Assembly (NCBI GenBank): GCA_964016885.1
Contig: OZ024749.1
Coordinates: 41,664,001 to 41,728,000 of the forward strand
Direction: 5' to 3'
Origin: Eledone cirrhosa
Lineage: Eukaryota
DNA: 64,000 nucleotides
Made by a program: the position numbers and the translations under genes. Below, in pieces: positions 26,699 through 38,070 of this stretch. Numbering within the stretch: the stretch's first letter is position 1; every line of letters begins with the position of its first letter. The notes beneath the pieces are model-generated. The model saw nothing but the letters and a program-made list of their open reading frames with translations. It had not been told where the DNA came from and did not search any database.

Positions 26699-26930
26699 TG
26701 ACCGCTGGGTAAAGAAGTGCCAAGAAATCCCAGTAGAAGGAAGACGCAGTAGAGGTAGACCACGTAAAACATGGGCGGAGGTGGTGAGACCAGACCTCAG
26801 ATCGCTGAAACTCACCGAGGAGATGACGAAGGACCGTGACAAGTGGAGAGATGCTGTGCTGAATAGGACCCGTCCAACCCTTGCAAGCAGGGAAAAGCGG
26901 GTGTAAAATGATGATGATGATGATGATGAT
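26698..26930 (+). mobile_element. RTE 3' end fragment
   Basis: WVKKCQEIPVEGRRSRGRPRKTW plus the same 3' end and (ATG)n tail as the 11.8 kb copy. Confidence 0.85.
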
Positions 26931-27155
26931 ATGTGTGGTTAGGAATCAGCATGCAGGAGTTTTAATGAGAAAAAACAATTTAACCTAACAGGAGTTTTAA
27001 TGAGAAAAAACAATTTAACCTAACAATTGTTTTGATAATCCAATACAGAGAACGCAGGTTTTGCTAAACATCTATATATATATATATATATATCAGGTGC
27101 ACTTTTCAAACCTCTTTTTTTATCATTTTCCTTATACATATATATATCTCTACAT

Positions 27156-27460
27156 CTAAGGCGGGTAAAATTCCCGAGATCCATGGACGAGTTCTCTCCA
27201 GTGGTCTCTGTCCCTCATTATCGCTGCCATATCCTGCATCTCCAACAGACCAGTGTCTGTCCTTAGGGCATCAACATATGTTAACCTTGGTCTTCCTCTT
27301 TTAGTGTGTCCATGTAGGGGCTCCCAAAATCCGCCTCTTCATTGCTGTAGTGGAGTCTGTGCTGCTGTATGGGTCTGAGACTTGGACACTGACCAAGAGA
27401 CTCACTCAGATGGTGGATGGGTGCTACACGAGAATGCTGAGGATGGCTCTGAACATTAAC
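27156..27460 (-). mobile_element. RTE-type LINE fragment with an inverted 5' segment
   Basis: Minus 27326-27156 reads WEPLHGHTKRGRPRLTYVDAL...RDRDHWRELV..stop; plus 27326-27460 reads KIRLFIAVVESVLLYGSETWTLT...YTRMLRMALNI. Confidence 0.85.
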
Positions 27461-27487
27461 ATATACATATACATATATATATATAAA

Positions 27488-27632
27488 TAGGAAAAGAGTC
27501 AGGATCACGAAGGCTGAGTTCCGGTTGTTTCGACAGCTAGATCCAGATCTAGCTGTCAAAACGGCCGGAGCCATAAGAATCTAGTACTCTGGTGCGTTAT
27601 GGTCCACCTGGTATCTTACCACACCTTCTTTG

Positions 27633-27635
<3 letters not shown>
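27488..27635. mobile_element. (TA)n-embedded hairpin element, same family as 17340-17543
   Basis: Hairpin TCCGGTTGTTTCGACAGCTAGATC-CA-GATCTAGCTGTCAAAACGGCCGGA; the 3' part is the reverse complement of 17341-17400. Confidence 0.75.
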
Positions 27636-27675
<40 letters not shown>

Positions 27676-27748
27676 GAAATAACAACACAATCGGTACAGT
27701 TTATGGAAGGAATATACTAGGTTAACGCTTGAAATAACAGGAAGGGGG

Positions 27749-27784
27749 TCTTAACGTTTCGTAAGCTAATCCTTCATCAGAAGA
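27749..27784 (-). ncRNA. Minimal type I hammerhead motif
   Basis: Minus strand TCTT-CTGATGA-AGGATTAGCTTAC-GAAA-CGTT-AAGA; palindromic AACGTT at stem III; stem II decayed. Confidence 0.55.
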
Positions 27785-27891
27785 GACAGGTGGGGTGGAA
27801 ATATATGATTTTAGCTTTTAAAGAATCTCCCTTTTCTTTAATTCTTTCTACCATGACTGACCCCCCCACTGATTTTATAGACATCTGTTAG

Positions 27892-27967
<76 letters not shown>

Positions 27968-28059
27968 TTATTACCATCGTTTTTATGTCCGCTTTTCCAT
28001 GCTTCTTTGAGAGTACTTTACAGCTGGATGCCCTTCCTGACACCAACACTTTTAGTCAC

Positions 28060-28108
<49 letters not shown>

Positions 28109-28569
28109 TATATATACACATACACACACACACATATATATATGTATTTTACATGTATATATAGTCTAATTGTTCACACACACATACATATATGTGTGTA
28201 TATACACAATGAGAGAGAGAGAGAGACAGAGAATATGTATATATACTTTGCTGTATCTATATTTAGAGGCTTAACAAAAACTTTTGGGTTACAGAAAAAT
28301 CACTGCTATGAATGAATAGACGTATTAACTGTATTATAAATATTAAGTTCTCCCTCTTTTGTGGAATATTTGTGTGTGTATGTGTTGAGATGTATACGTA
28401 TCATCATCATCATCATCACCTTTTAACGCCTAGTTTTCCATTCTAATAAAGGTTAGATAGATTGTCACATGAGATAATTTAGGTCAGGTGATTATGTTTT
28501 GCTCATACAGATCTGTTTAAGGTTTGGTTGGCTTCTACTGCTGAATGCACTTCTTAACCTCAACCACAT

Positions 28570-28605
<36 letters not shown>

Positions 28606-28673
28606 CATACACAGACACACACTATATATATATTATTTTTTTTTAGAACGGACATAAAACGGTGATGATGATT

Positions 28674-28757
<84 letters not shown>

Positions 28758-29076
28758 AATATATATATATATATATTATATATATATAAACATAATGTGG
28801 TTGACGTTAGGAAGTATATATATATATATATATAAAGTGTGTGCCTGTGTGTGTATGTATATATATATAGATGCGTATGTATATATGTATATGTATATAT
28901 TTTCACTTGTAGGGGACAGTTCAAGAATTAGTCCTTTCACTTGAGGGGTCTCATGAAAAGCCAAAACCCTCACGGTCCTAGTGCACTTTCGTTGAACTAT
29001 GGCTGCATACCAGTCGGGACTTTGAAGAAAAAATTAGGTATATTTTATCTATTTTCTCTTTACACTTATAATTGTT

Positions 29077-29142
<66 letters not shown>

Positions 29143-29343
29143 TCATCATCATCATCATCATCATTTTACGTCCGCTTTTCCCTGCTTGCAAGGGTGGGAC
29201 GGGAACTGATTCTGGCTCGATTTCTACAGCTGGATGCCCTTCCTAACACCAACCTCATTTACAGTGAGTGCTGGGTGCTTTTTTGCTGTGGCACCTCCAC
29301 GACCACTTTACAGTGGAATGATAGGGACCCCAGTCCCTATCAT

Positions 29344-29486
29344 CTCATTTCTACAGCTGAGTAAACTGGAGCAATGTGAAATAAAGTGTCTTGCTCAAGG
29401 AAACAACACATCACCCGGTCTGAAAATTGAACTCACAACCTTTCGATTGCAAGGCCAATGCTCTAACCACTAAGCCATGTGCCTCC
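29344..29486 (-). mobile_element. tRNA-derived SINE
   Basis: Minus strand GGCACATGGCTTAGTGGTTAGAGCA (A box) ... GAGTTCAATT (B box) ... CCTTGAGCAAGACACTTTATTTCAC. Confidence 0.75.
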
Positions 29487-29507
29487 ATATCTATATATAT
29501 ATATATA

Positions 29508-30560
29508 TCATCATCATCATCATCATCATCATTTTACGTCCGCTCTTCCCTGTTCGCAAGGGTGGGACGGGTCTTATTCAGCACAGCATCTCTCCACTTG
29601 TCACGGTCCTTCGCCATCTCCACCGTGAGCTTCAGCGATCTGAGGTCTGTTCTCACCACCTTTGCCCATATTTTTCGTGATCTACCTCTATGACGTCTTC
29701 CTTCAACTGGCGTTTCCTGGCACTTCTTCACCCATCAGTCATCCTCCATGCGCATCACATGTCCATACCACCTCAGTCTCCTCTCCCGTACACTATACTC
29801 TATCCCTCTCAGACACAGTTTCTCTCTCAACACATTCATGCTGGGTCGTTCACGCACATTTACACTGCACATCCAACGGAGCATGCTTGCCTCATTTCTC
29901 TCCAGCCGTCGCATATCCTCTGCAGTAGCTGCCCATGTCTCACTACCATGCAGCATCGTGCTCCTCACACAGGCATCATATAACCGGCCTTTCGTACGCA
30001 GGGAGAAACGCTTCTTCGTCAGCAGAGGAAGCAGCTCCCTAAACTTCTTCCAACCCGTCCTTATTCTAGATACTATAGCCTCGGAACACCCCTCTCCCAT
30101 ACTAATCTGATCTCCTAGGTACCGGAAGCTATCCACCACTTCTATAGCACCCGCCTGCATTTAAAAAATGTGTGTATCAATGCGACTTCTACTGTCTAAT
30201 TTCCCTGTACATCTACTGCATACGTATTTCTCCCTACCTATTAGTTTGCCTGCTATTCCACTACATCTCTTGTGTACCCAGGATCTGCATTGTGTGCATT
30301 TTATAGAATTATGCCAGTTCCTTTTCTGCATATCGAACATGGCCATTTCCCTGACGAAATCAGAGTTTTGTCCTCTTTTCTACTCATCAACACTTTTTGT
30401 CTTAGCTAGGTTCACTCTCAGTCCTCTTGCTTCCAACTACTGTTTCCCAGAATTTATTCTCTAGCTCCTCTACTGATTCTGCTATAAGAACCAGATCATC
30501 AGCATAGAGAAGTTCCCATGGACAGCCAGTCTTAAACTCATCTGTATGGCTTGGAGGACT
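29508..30560 (-). mobile_element. 5'-truncated RTE-clade LINE including the RT catalytic YADD motif, pseudogenised
   Basis: Minus strand CPWELLYADDLVLIAES, PHD-like Cys cluster, FRYLG, HGSETW, RLRWYGHVMRM, RGRSRKIW; (ATG)n tail; stops and frameshifts; closely similar to 11770-12615. Confidence 0.92.
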
Positions 30561-30630
30561 AATATATATATAAATTTCTGAATTTGTTTAGCAAGATTCT
30601 TTATCTGAAAACGTGTGTTGAAACCGATAT

Positions 30631-31021
30631 TGTTATACTTTGGGAGGGTCATGTTGCCAATAAGAAACACACGCACCAGTTGCTTTCACTTCAATTTATT
30701 ATAATAAATTTATAAATTTAGGAATTTATAAATTTCCGGTTGGTTGGTTGGTTCCACAACCAGTTGATTGTTTATATATTGTCAAAGTTCTTTCGTCACA
30801 CATTCTGTGACCTCTTCAGTGACTGGGGATTCTTTTCTTTGTTTTTGTGCCTCTCCTTTGTTCTGTCCTACGCCATATAAACAATCATCTGGTTGTGGAA
30901 CCAACCAACCAACCGGAAATTTATAAATTCCTAAATTTATAAATTTATTATAATAAATTGAAGTGAAAGCAACTGGTGCGTGTGTTTCTTATTGGCAACA
31001 TGACCCTCCCAAAGTATAACA
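30631..31021. repeat. Inverted repeat with 147-bp arms and a 97-bp spacer, in (TA)n
   Basis: 30631-30777 is the reverse complement of 30875-31021 (one mismatch seen). Confidence 0.95.
30781..30823 (-). ncRNA. Minimal type I hammerhead ribozyme motif
   Basis: Minus strand GTCA-CTGAAGA-G-GTCACA GAATG TGTGAC-GAAA-GAAC-TT-TGAC: stem I, intact core, 6-bp stem II. Confidence 0.75.
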
Positions 31022-31061
31022 GTATATATATACACATATACATATATATATACACACACAC

Positions 31062-31126
<65 letters not shown>

Positions 31127-32569
31127 TATATACATATATATATATGTATATTTTATATATATAATGATGATATATAAATAACACACTCACACACATAGAC
31201 ACATTTTTATATAGCTTTTATTGTGAGATTTCTTAAGACTTGTTTGGCAGTGTGTGTCTGTAGGTAAGGATTACAGTTCATTGAACGAACTGAGGAACTA
31301 AAATATGTCTGGTCTTTTCTTGTTTTATCAACCATGGATGGTTGAAAGGCAGGGTTAAGTCTCACAAAAGTTGAACTTAGGAATGTCAAACAATATATCA
31401 ATATACTAGTTGAATTACCCACACCTTGCTGTGTTTCACACATTATTTCGTAAGAAAATGATGATTGATTTTAAATCAGTGATATAATTTATGGAGAAAA
31501 ACTCTGCATTTCAATATTACTCAATGTAAAATGTAATGCATGAAAAATTGGAAAACATTATTTTTTGTAATATATCAAATCAAAATTACATTATTAAATT
31601 TTAATCTTATTTTGTTTCTTGTAAATAATTTTTTTCAAAATATCAATTTTCAGCGGGCGTTTGTGCCTCCAGGAACCCTAATAGGGGGTTTAACCCCCAT
31701 TAGGGTATCTTAATATTGTTGAAATTTGCTGAAATTGTGTGAATAGGCATCATATCTAGTCATTTACCTATGGTTTAATTTCATATAAATCGAAGGGAAA
31801 AAATTTTCAGCAGGGGTTTTGTGCTCTGGGAAACCCTTTGATTAAAATGAAATATACTTATCCAAGTACACTGGGCAATGTAGTTTCAGCATATATACGA
31901 TTATAGGGGTCTATCTCCAAAACTGTAGGAGTTTGTGAACAAACAAAGAAACAAACAGACAGACAGGAATGCAACTTTATATATATAGATATGTGACAAA
32001 AAATCTTAAATAAGATTTAATTGATTAGTCAAGGTGTTTACAAATGAGATTCTCCTTCACTGAGAGGAAAACATTAAAGCTATGTAAAATATGTATAACA
32101 TATATATCATCATCATCATCATCATCGTTTAACGTCCATCTTCCAAGGCAAGATTTGTTGTCCTGCTCGTATAGGACTGTCTGGCGGTTTTTCTACGGCT
32201 GGATGCCCTTCCTAACACCAACCACGTTTACACTGTGGACTGGGAGGTTTTTACCGTGTTACCTACACGGCCACATTACAGCGTGGACTGTGTGTTTTTT
32301 TTGTCGTGACACCTACACGACCTCATTTGTTTCGGACTGGATGTTGTGGTACCAACATATACATATATAATAGAACCAGAATTTAATTTTGAACATAGCT
32401 ATATACAAATATGTATTTGAATTTCGTATTTGTAAAGAAATATGGTATGTTTATAAATAAACATTCAGAAAGCCATAGCTATGCAAAAACACTGGCAGCT
32501 AATGCCACCCAGTGGTGTCCAACAGAAGCAAGGGGGACAATCGTTGATGCATTTCGAACTCGACTGGTT

Positions 32570-32738
32570 CTCATCAGAACAATCTCCCCATTTGTCACGG
32601 TCCTTCGTCATTTCCTCTGTGAGCTTCAGTGATCTGGGGTCTGGCCTCACCACCGCCACCCATGTTTTTCTTGGTCTTCCTCTACTGCGTCTTCCTTCCA
32701 CTGCGATTTCTTGGCACTTCTTCACGCAGCGGTCATCG
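32570..32738 (-). mobile_element. RTE 3' fragment
   Basis: KKCQEIAVEGRRSRGRPRKTW...DRDKW. Similar short RTE tails lie at 24395-24450, 29140-29200, 34855-35070, 43150-43325 and 58470-58520. Confidence 0.8.
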
Positions 32739-33122
32739 CCACTATGACTCTATCAGGAGTTATGGGACCATACATACATACAGAAATATATATAAATATA
32801 TATATTTATATTTACCTGAAATGTGCTGGTGTGTTTCATCAAATATCCTTCTTTGATGGCAGTCTGACAAGAGAAAAGAAATTGCAAAAAATAGTAGATG
32901 TCAGCAACAACATATATTTTTATTTTCATTTTTAAAAAAATGAGAACTTTACAACAATATTTGGTCCAACTCTTCCATTATCATATTTCTCATGAAACTA
33001 ATTGAGAATTTAGAAGGGATTTTAGTAATATAAGAAACTTTCTCAATATTTATCTGATATTTAGTGCATAACTTAAAGGTTCTTACATAAAATTATGATG
33101 GAAGTATTTTAGTTTAATTTAA

Positions 33123-33378
33123 CCCTTTCATTACTGTATTTCCAATGAAATACAGTCTGTGATTTTCAAATAATATTGAAAATAATTAAGAATGATTAAA
33201 GGATTTAGTAACATAAGTAAATTTGTTAATATCAAGCTGATGTTTGGTGTATAACTTAATGAAGGTTCTTACATAAAATTTTGTCAGAGGATTTTTAACT
33301 TAAAAAGGAACCCTTTAAAATGGGTGGTTTAGTTTCATAGAACTAGGGTTCGCTTTTGCCAGGTTTGTATCAAAAGGG
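33123..33378. mobile_element. piggyBac-type MITE (larger family)
   Basis: TTAA|CCCTTT ... AAAGGG|TTAA; related copies near 16.2-16.5, 38.6-38.8, 48.2-48.65, 52.9 and 58.85-59.1 kb. Confidence 0.8.
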
Positions 33379-33834
33379 TTAAACACACACACACACGCTC
33401 TCTCTCTCAATCATCATTTTAACATGTTTTTCCATGGTGTGTAATGGTGAGGGTGTATGAATCAGTGTGTCTGTTTGTGTCTGTAAAACATTGGATCTTT
33501 GTAAACAATAATTCAAGAATGAAAAAAAAAAAAATACCAGCCTCTCCTCTGACAGGAGTTGAAACACATACCCTTAGCTTCGCAGGTAAACATGAAGGCC
33601 ATCACACATGAGTCATGTTTTTTAATGCTTTACTCTTACTGTCCTTATTAACAGAAAGAGTTGCATGAACAAGTGTGTGTGTGTGGGGGGGGGGGTATGT
33701 ATGTGTATGTGTGTGTGTATGAATGAGTGGGGAGTATGTATGTGTGTATGAGTGTGTATGTATTTGTGTGTCTGTTTGCTTCATATAGCTGTCCATCTCC
33801 CATACAAACACACACACAGACATGTAAATACACT

Positions 33835-33868
<34 letters not shown>

Positions 33869-34626
33869 CATTTGCTTCATAGCTACACACCTCCTACACA
33901 AGTATCCACACACGTATATACACATACACACATACAAACATGCACACATACACACATACACATCACACTCTACCAACCCGACAGTCTCAACAGACTGAAC
34001 GGGGGTATCAGGTGATATTACATAATATCAAGAGTAAACAACATACGCACACACACACACAGCATATAACCACACACACCATACAAACACACACAGTATA
34101 CACACAACATACAAACACACACAAACAGAAAATACATGCACGCACACACAAACATAGACACAATATACAAACACATACACATACATACACACACACACAC
34201 AGCATACACACCTCAAAGTCTCAGCATGTCTATCTGGTGTTGTTAGACAATATATCAACAGTAAACAACAATATTCTACCATCACATACATATATATATT
34301 ACACATACAAACATTATATATATTTATACACACACACATATTCATATATCATCATCATCAACGTTTAATGTCCGTGTTCCACGCTTGCATGGGTTTGGAC
34401 GGGGGTTTTCCCACTTGAGGCAAGAGTGATTGTCTTGCTCGCATAGGACTGTCTGGCAGGTTTTCTACAGTTGGATGCCCTTCCTAACACCAACCACATT
34501 TACAGTATATATATATATATACACATATATACACAAACATACTTATATATATGAAATACTATATATATATACATATATATTATGAAATATTGTTGGCTTC
34601 TTGCTCACATTAATTTCTCTTTTTTC

Positions 34627-34665
<39 letters not shown>

Positions 34666-34753
34666 AACATACTTATATATATGAAATACTATATATATAT
34701 ATATTATGAAATACTGTTGGCTTCTTGCTCACATTAATTTCTCTTTTTTCATT

Positions 34754-34800
<47 letters not shown>

Positions 34801-35124
34801 ATATACGTATTTAAACATATACATACATAAACATATACATACACACACACACATCATCATCATTTTACGTCCGCTTTTCCCTGCTTGCAAGGGTGGGACG
34901 GGTCCTATTCAGCACAGCATCTCTCCAATTGTCACGGTCCTTTGTCATCTCCTCCGTGAGCTTCAGCAATCTGAGATCTGCGCTCACCACCTCCGCCTTC
35001 TACTGGGATTTCTTGGCACTTCTTTACCCAGCGGTCATCCGCCATGCGCATCACTTGCTTCATTTCTCTCCAGAGAAATATATATACAGGTATATATATA
35101 TATACCTATACTATATACATACAC

Positions 35125-35537
35125 ATTTTTTCACGCTCAGAGTTGCTGAAGCATGGAACAAACTGCCTGCGTCAATTGTTAGCTGCCGAGACACTGCATC
35201 CTTTAAGACACTCATGCTTCCCGAAATACGCCAAAACTACACCTGATGTACCCCTTCCATACACATGCACACATGTGTGTATCATGACTCGTGCACTGTT
35301 CATTTTACTGATGTTTGTGCATTGCCCTATGTACTGTACATGCACTTTTTTGATGAGTTGTGGTGCACCTGGGCACTGTACACAATATTTCATTATTGTT
35401 ATTGTTATTATATCATGACTCGTACACTGTTCATTTTCCTGACATTTGTACATTATTCTATGTACTATACATGCACCTTTGATGAGTTGTAGTGCACCTG
35501 AGCACTGTACACAATAATTTCATTATTATTATTATTA
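35125..35537 (+). mobile_element. CR1-type LINE 3' end with (ATT)n tail
   Basis: FFTLRVAEAWNKLPASIVSCRDTASFK; duplicated 3' UTR block; related copies at 53665-53960 (-), 21580-21660 and 56410-56535. Confidence 0.8.
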
Positions 35538-36184
35538 TATATAGATATATTACATACATACTTACATACATTCATTTACACACACGTACACACAAGGCAG
35601 CAAACTGACGATTTACAGTATTCATTCTGGATCTATGCAGTCTGAGTTCAAATCCAGCTGAGGTCAACTTTGCTTCTCATCATTTTAAGGTCAATAAATA
35701 AAGTATTAATCCACTACTGGGGTTGATTTTTCTTTTGTTTCTCTCTCTCTCTCTCTCGTGATGGTGATGATGGCAATGATGATGATGATGTGGACAGTGG
35801 TGGTGGTGATGGTGGCGGCAGCATTGGTTGTGATAGTGGTGACAGTAATGGTGATGGTGATTAGCTAAGACTTACCTTTACCCTGTCAATGTTTAAGAGA
35901 CAAGACAAATATACCAAAACAGTATTACCAGTTTGAGAGACCAGACCCAGTTGAAGAGATTTATAAACCCACAGTGACAAAATAGATACAGTAAAAAATT
36001 ATGTGGGATGTTGCAACAATGACACAGCATGACTTTTCAAGCTGTTTAGATTTCATCTTCACACATTCCAATACATCATACTATACACTACATGTTTTAT
36101 TATTAGTCCATTTGTTATACTTATAAAACAATAAATATTGCATTATCTCATATTATTACTAAATAAATGAATAATAAAGAAAGA

Positions 36185-36460
36185 ATTATTATTACTATTA
36201 TTATTATTTTTATGGCGCATCATTGCTGCTTTACTGAGCACAGCTCTGTGCGCCTTGGGTATGAGCAGTGTAGTTTTTGCTGATAATTTTTCTATTGTAT
36301 TGATAGTACTTTCGTAATATGTGTGCAGTGCCTAGTAGTGCTATCTATTGTATGCTGCATGTATTTGTAAGTCCTGGGGTTTGGGCTATGTATTTGTCTG
36401 TGGTTCTTTTTTTTTATCATTCTTAGAGCACCTATTATTATATTATTAGTACTCCCTTCC
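36185..36460 (-). mobile_element. R4/Dong-type LINE 3' end with (TAA)n tail
   Basis: Minus strand IIIGAL.MIKK...IALLGTAHI..KVLSIQ, followed by a UTR and (TAA)n. Confidence 0.7.
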
Positions 36461-36809
36461 CAGCACTTTGTTGAAAGATGGATAAGAGAGGCAAGCATGA
36501 CCACTGTGAACCTAACGTTCTCACCACTAAACCATGTGCCTTATACTAGGTCAAAGACTGCTGCCTGTCAAGTCAGGATGTACTAGAGAACTAGCCATAA
36601 CTCTGACTGCTGAGCCATGTCACATACTGGTGGTGGTGGAAGTGATGATAATGATGATGATGATAATGGCACTCACCATTTATAGTGCCCCCCCCCCCCC
36701 CGCCCTCCCCCACACTTTGTAGTAAGCTGTAACTTACCATCTTCACACCTATTTACAAAAACATAAGCAGGGGAGGACAAAGACCAAGGTGTGTCTTTGC
36801 CATGAAGAC

Positions 36810-37030
36810 AAGATATTCCAGTGACAGGAGCCAGAAGAAGTTCCACTGACAGGAGACAGAAGTTCCAGTGACAGGTGACAGAAGAAATTCTTGTGATGGG
36901 TGACAGAAGAAATTCCAGTGACAGGAGACAGCGGAGGTTCCAGTAACAGGAGACAGCAGTTCCAGTGACAGGAAATAGTGGAAATTCTGGTGACAGGTGA
37001 CAGAAGAAATTCCGGTGACAGGAGACAAAC
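36810..37030. repeat. ~21-24 bp degenerate tandem repeat
   Basis: Repeated TTCCAGTGACAGGAGACAGAAG. Confidence 0.8.
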
Positions 37031-37559
37031 TGTCAAATGTCTAGACAGCAGGAGCAACAACAACAACAACAACATGCTACCATTATAACCAGCTGGCTTT
37101 GACTTGAAATAATACAATTTGGTGAAGGATTAAACACATAAGTAAATGAATAAATGACCAATTATCTTAGATGAACTAATTATAAGATATTAGGTTACCC
37201 CAAAAAGATTATTTTAATAGCTACACACTATAAACTACACACACTACATACCATAAACATTATAAATATACATACTACACACACTACATACTATATACAC
37301 TACACACACTACACAAACATACTACACACACACACGTGTTCTAAAAATACAACCAGATTTCACTTAATACATTCTTCTGATGACATTACAGGCTTCACAC
37401 TACCAAACACACAACAACAAAAGCTGGGAAAATTCAGCCAGCTATAAAAATTCTTTAAGTATTGATAATGACAAAACAATTTACTTCTTAATGAAACAAT
37501 CACAACAACTAGATTTCATATGTGTTTCCTAATAACTTCATATTGCTAAAGGGTTAATC

Positions 37560-38070
37560 AACATTCCCTCTCCCAAAATTGCTGACCTTGTGCCTAAATC
37601 AGAAACTATTATTATAGAGCAGTGGATTGGCAGTACCAGTAGAGCACCGGGCAATATGCTTGCAACATATAGTTATGGCCCTTTACATTCTGAGTTCAAA
37701 TCCCGCCTAGGTTAGCACTACCTTTCGTCCTTACAGGGTCAATAAAATAAAATACCAGTAACACACCGGGGTCGATTTAATTGACTTTCCCCTCCCCCAA
37801 AATTGCTGGCGTTGTTCAAAAACCATTATTACTACTACTATTATTATGGTTGTTGGGTTGGCTGTATAGGTAGAACGGCGAACACTATGCTTTGCAGCAT
37901 AAAGTAATGGCCCTTAAGGTTCTGAGTTCAAATCCCACTGAGGTTAACTTTGCCTTTCATCCTTATGAGGTCGATAAAATAAAGCACCAGTAATATACTG
38001 GGGTCGATTCAATTGACTTACCCCTCCCTTTCAATTTGCTGGCCTTGTACCTATAGTAGAAATCATTATT
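37560..38070 (+). mobile_element. Tandem tRNA-derived SINE copies
   Basis: TTCTGAGTTCAAATCCC...TTTGCCTTTCATCC...GTCGATAAAATAAA.TACCAG...CTGGGGTCGAT...GCTGGCCTTGT occurs twice; other copies at 25.5, 35.6, 47.0, 48.85, 49.25 and 54.15 kb. Confidence 0.75.

Noticed and set aside
29344-29486. tRNA genes
   Set aside because: A/B boxes are present, but there is no full cloverleaf and the sequence continues into a SINE body in multiple decayed copies.
35870-36740. GTAAG donor-like sites on the minus strand (about 35875 and 36735)
   Set aside because: No convincing acceptor or open frame; expected by chance.
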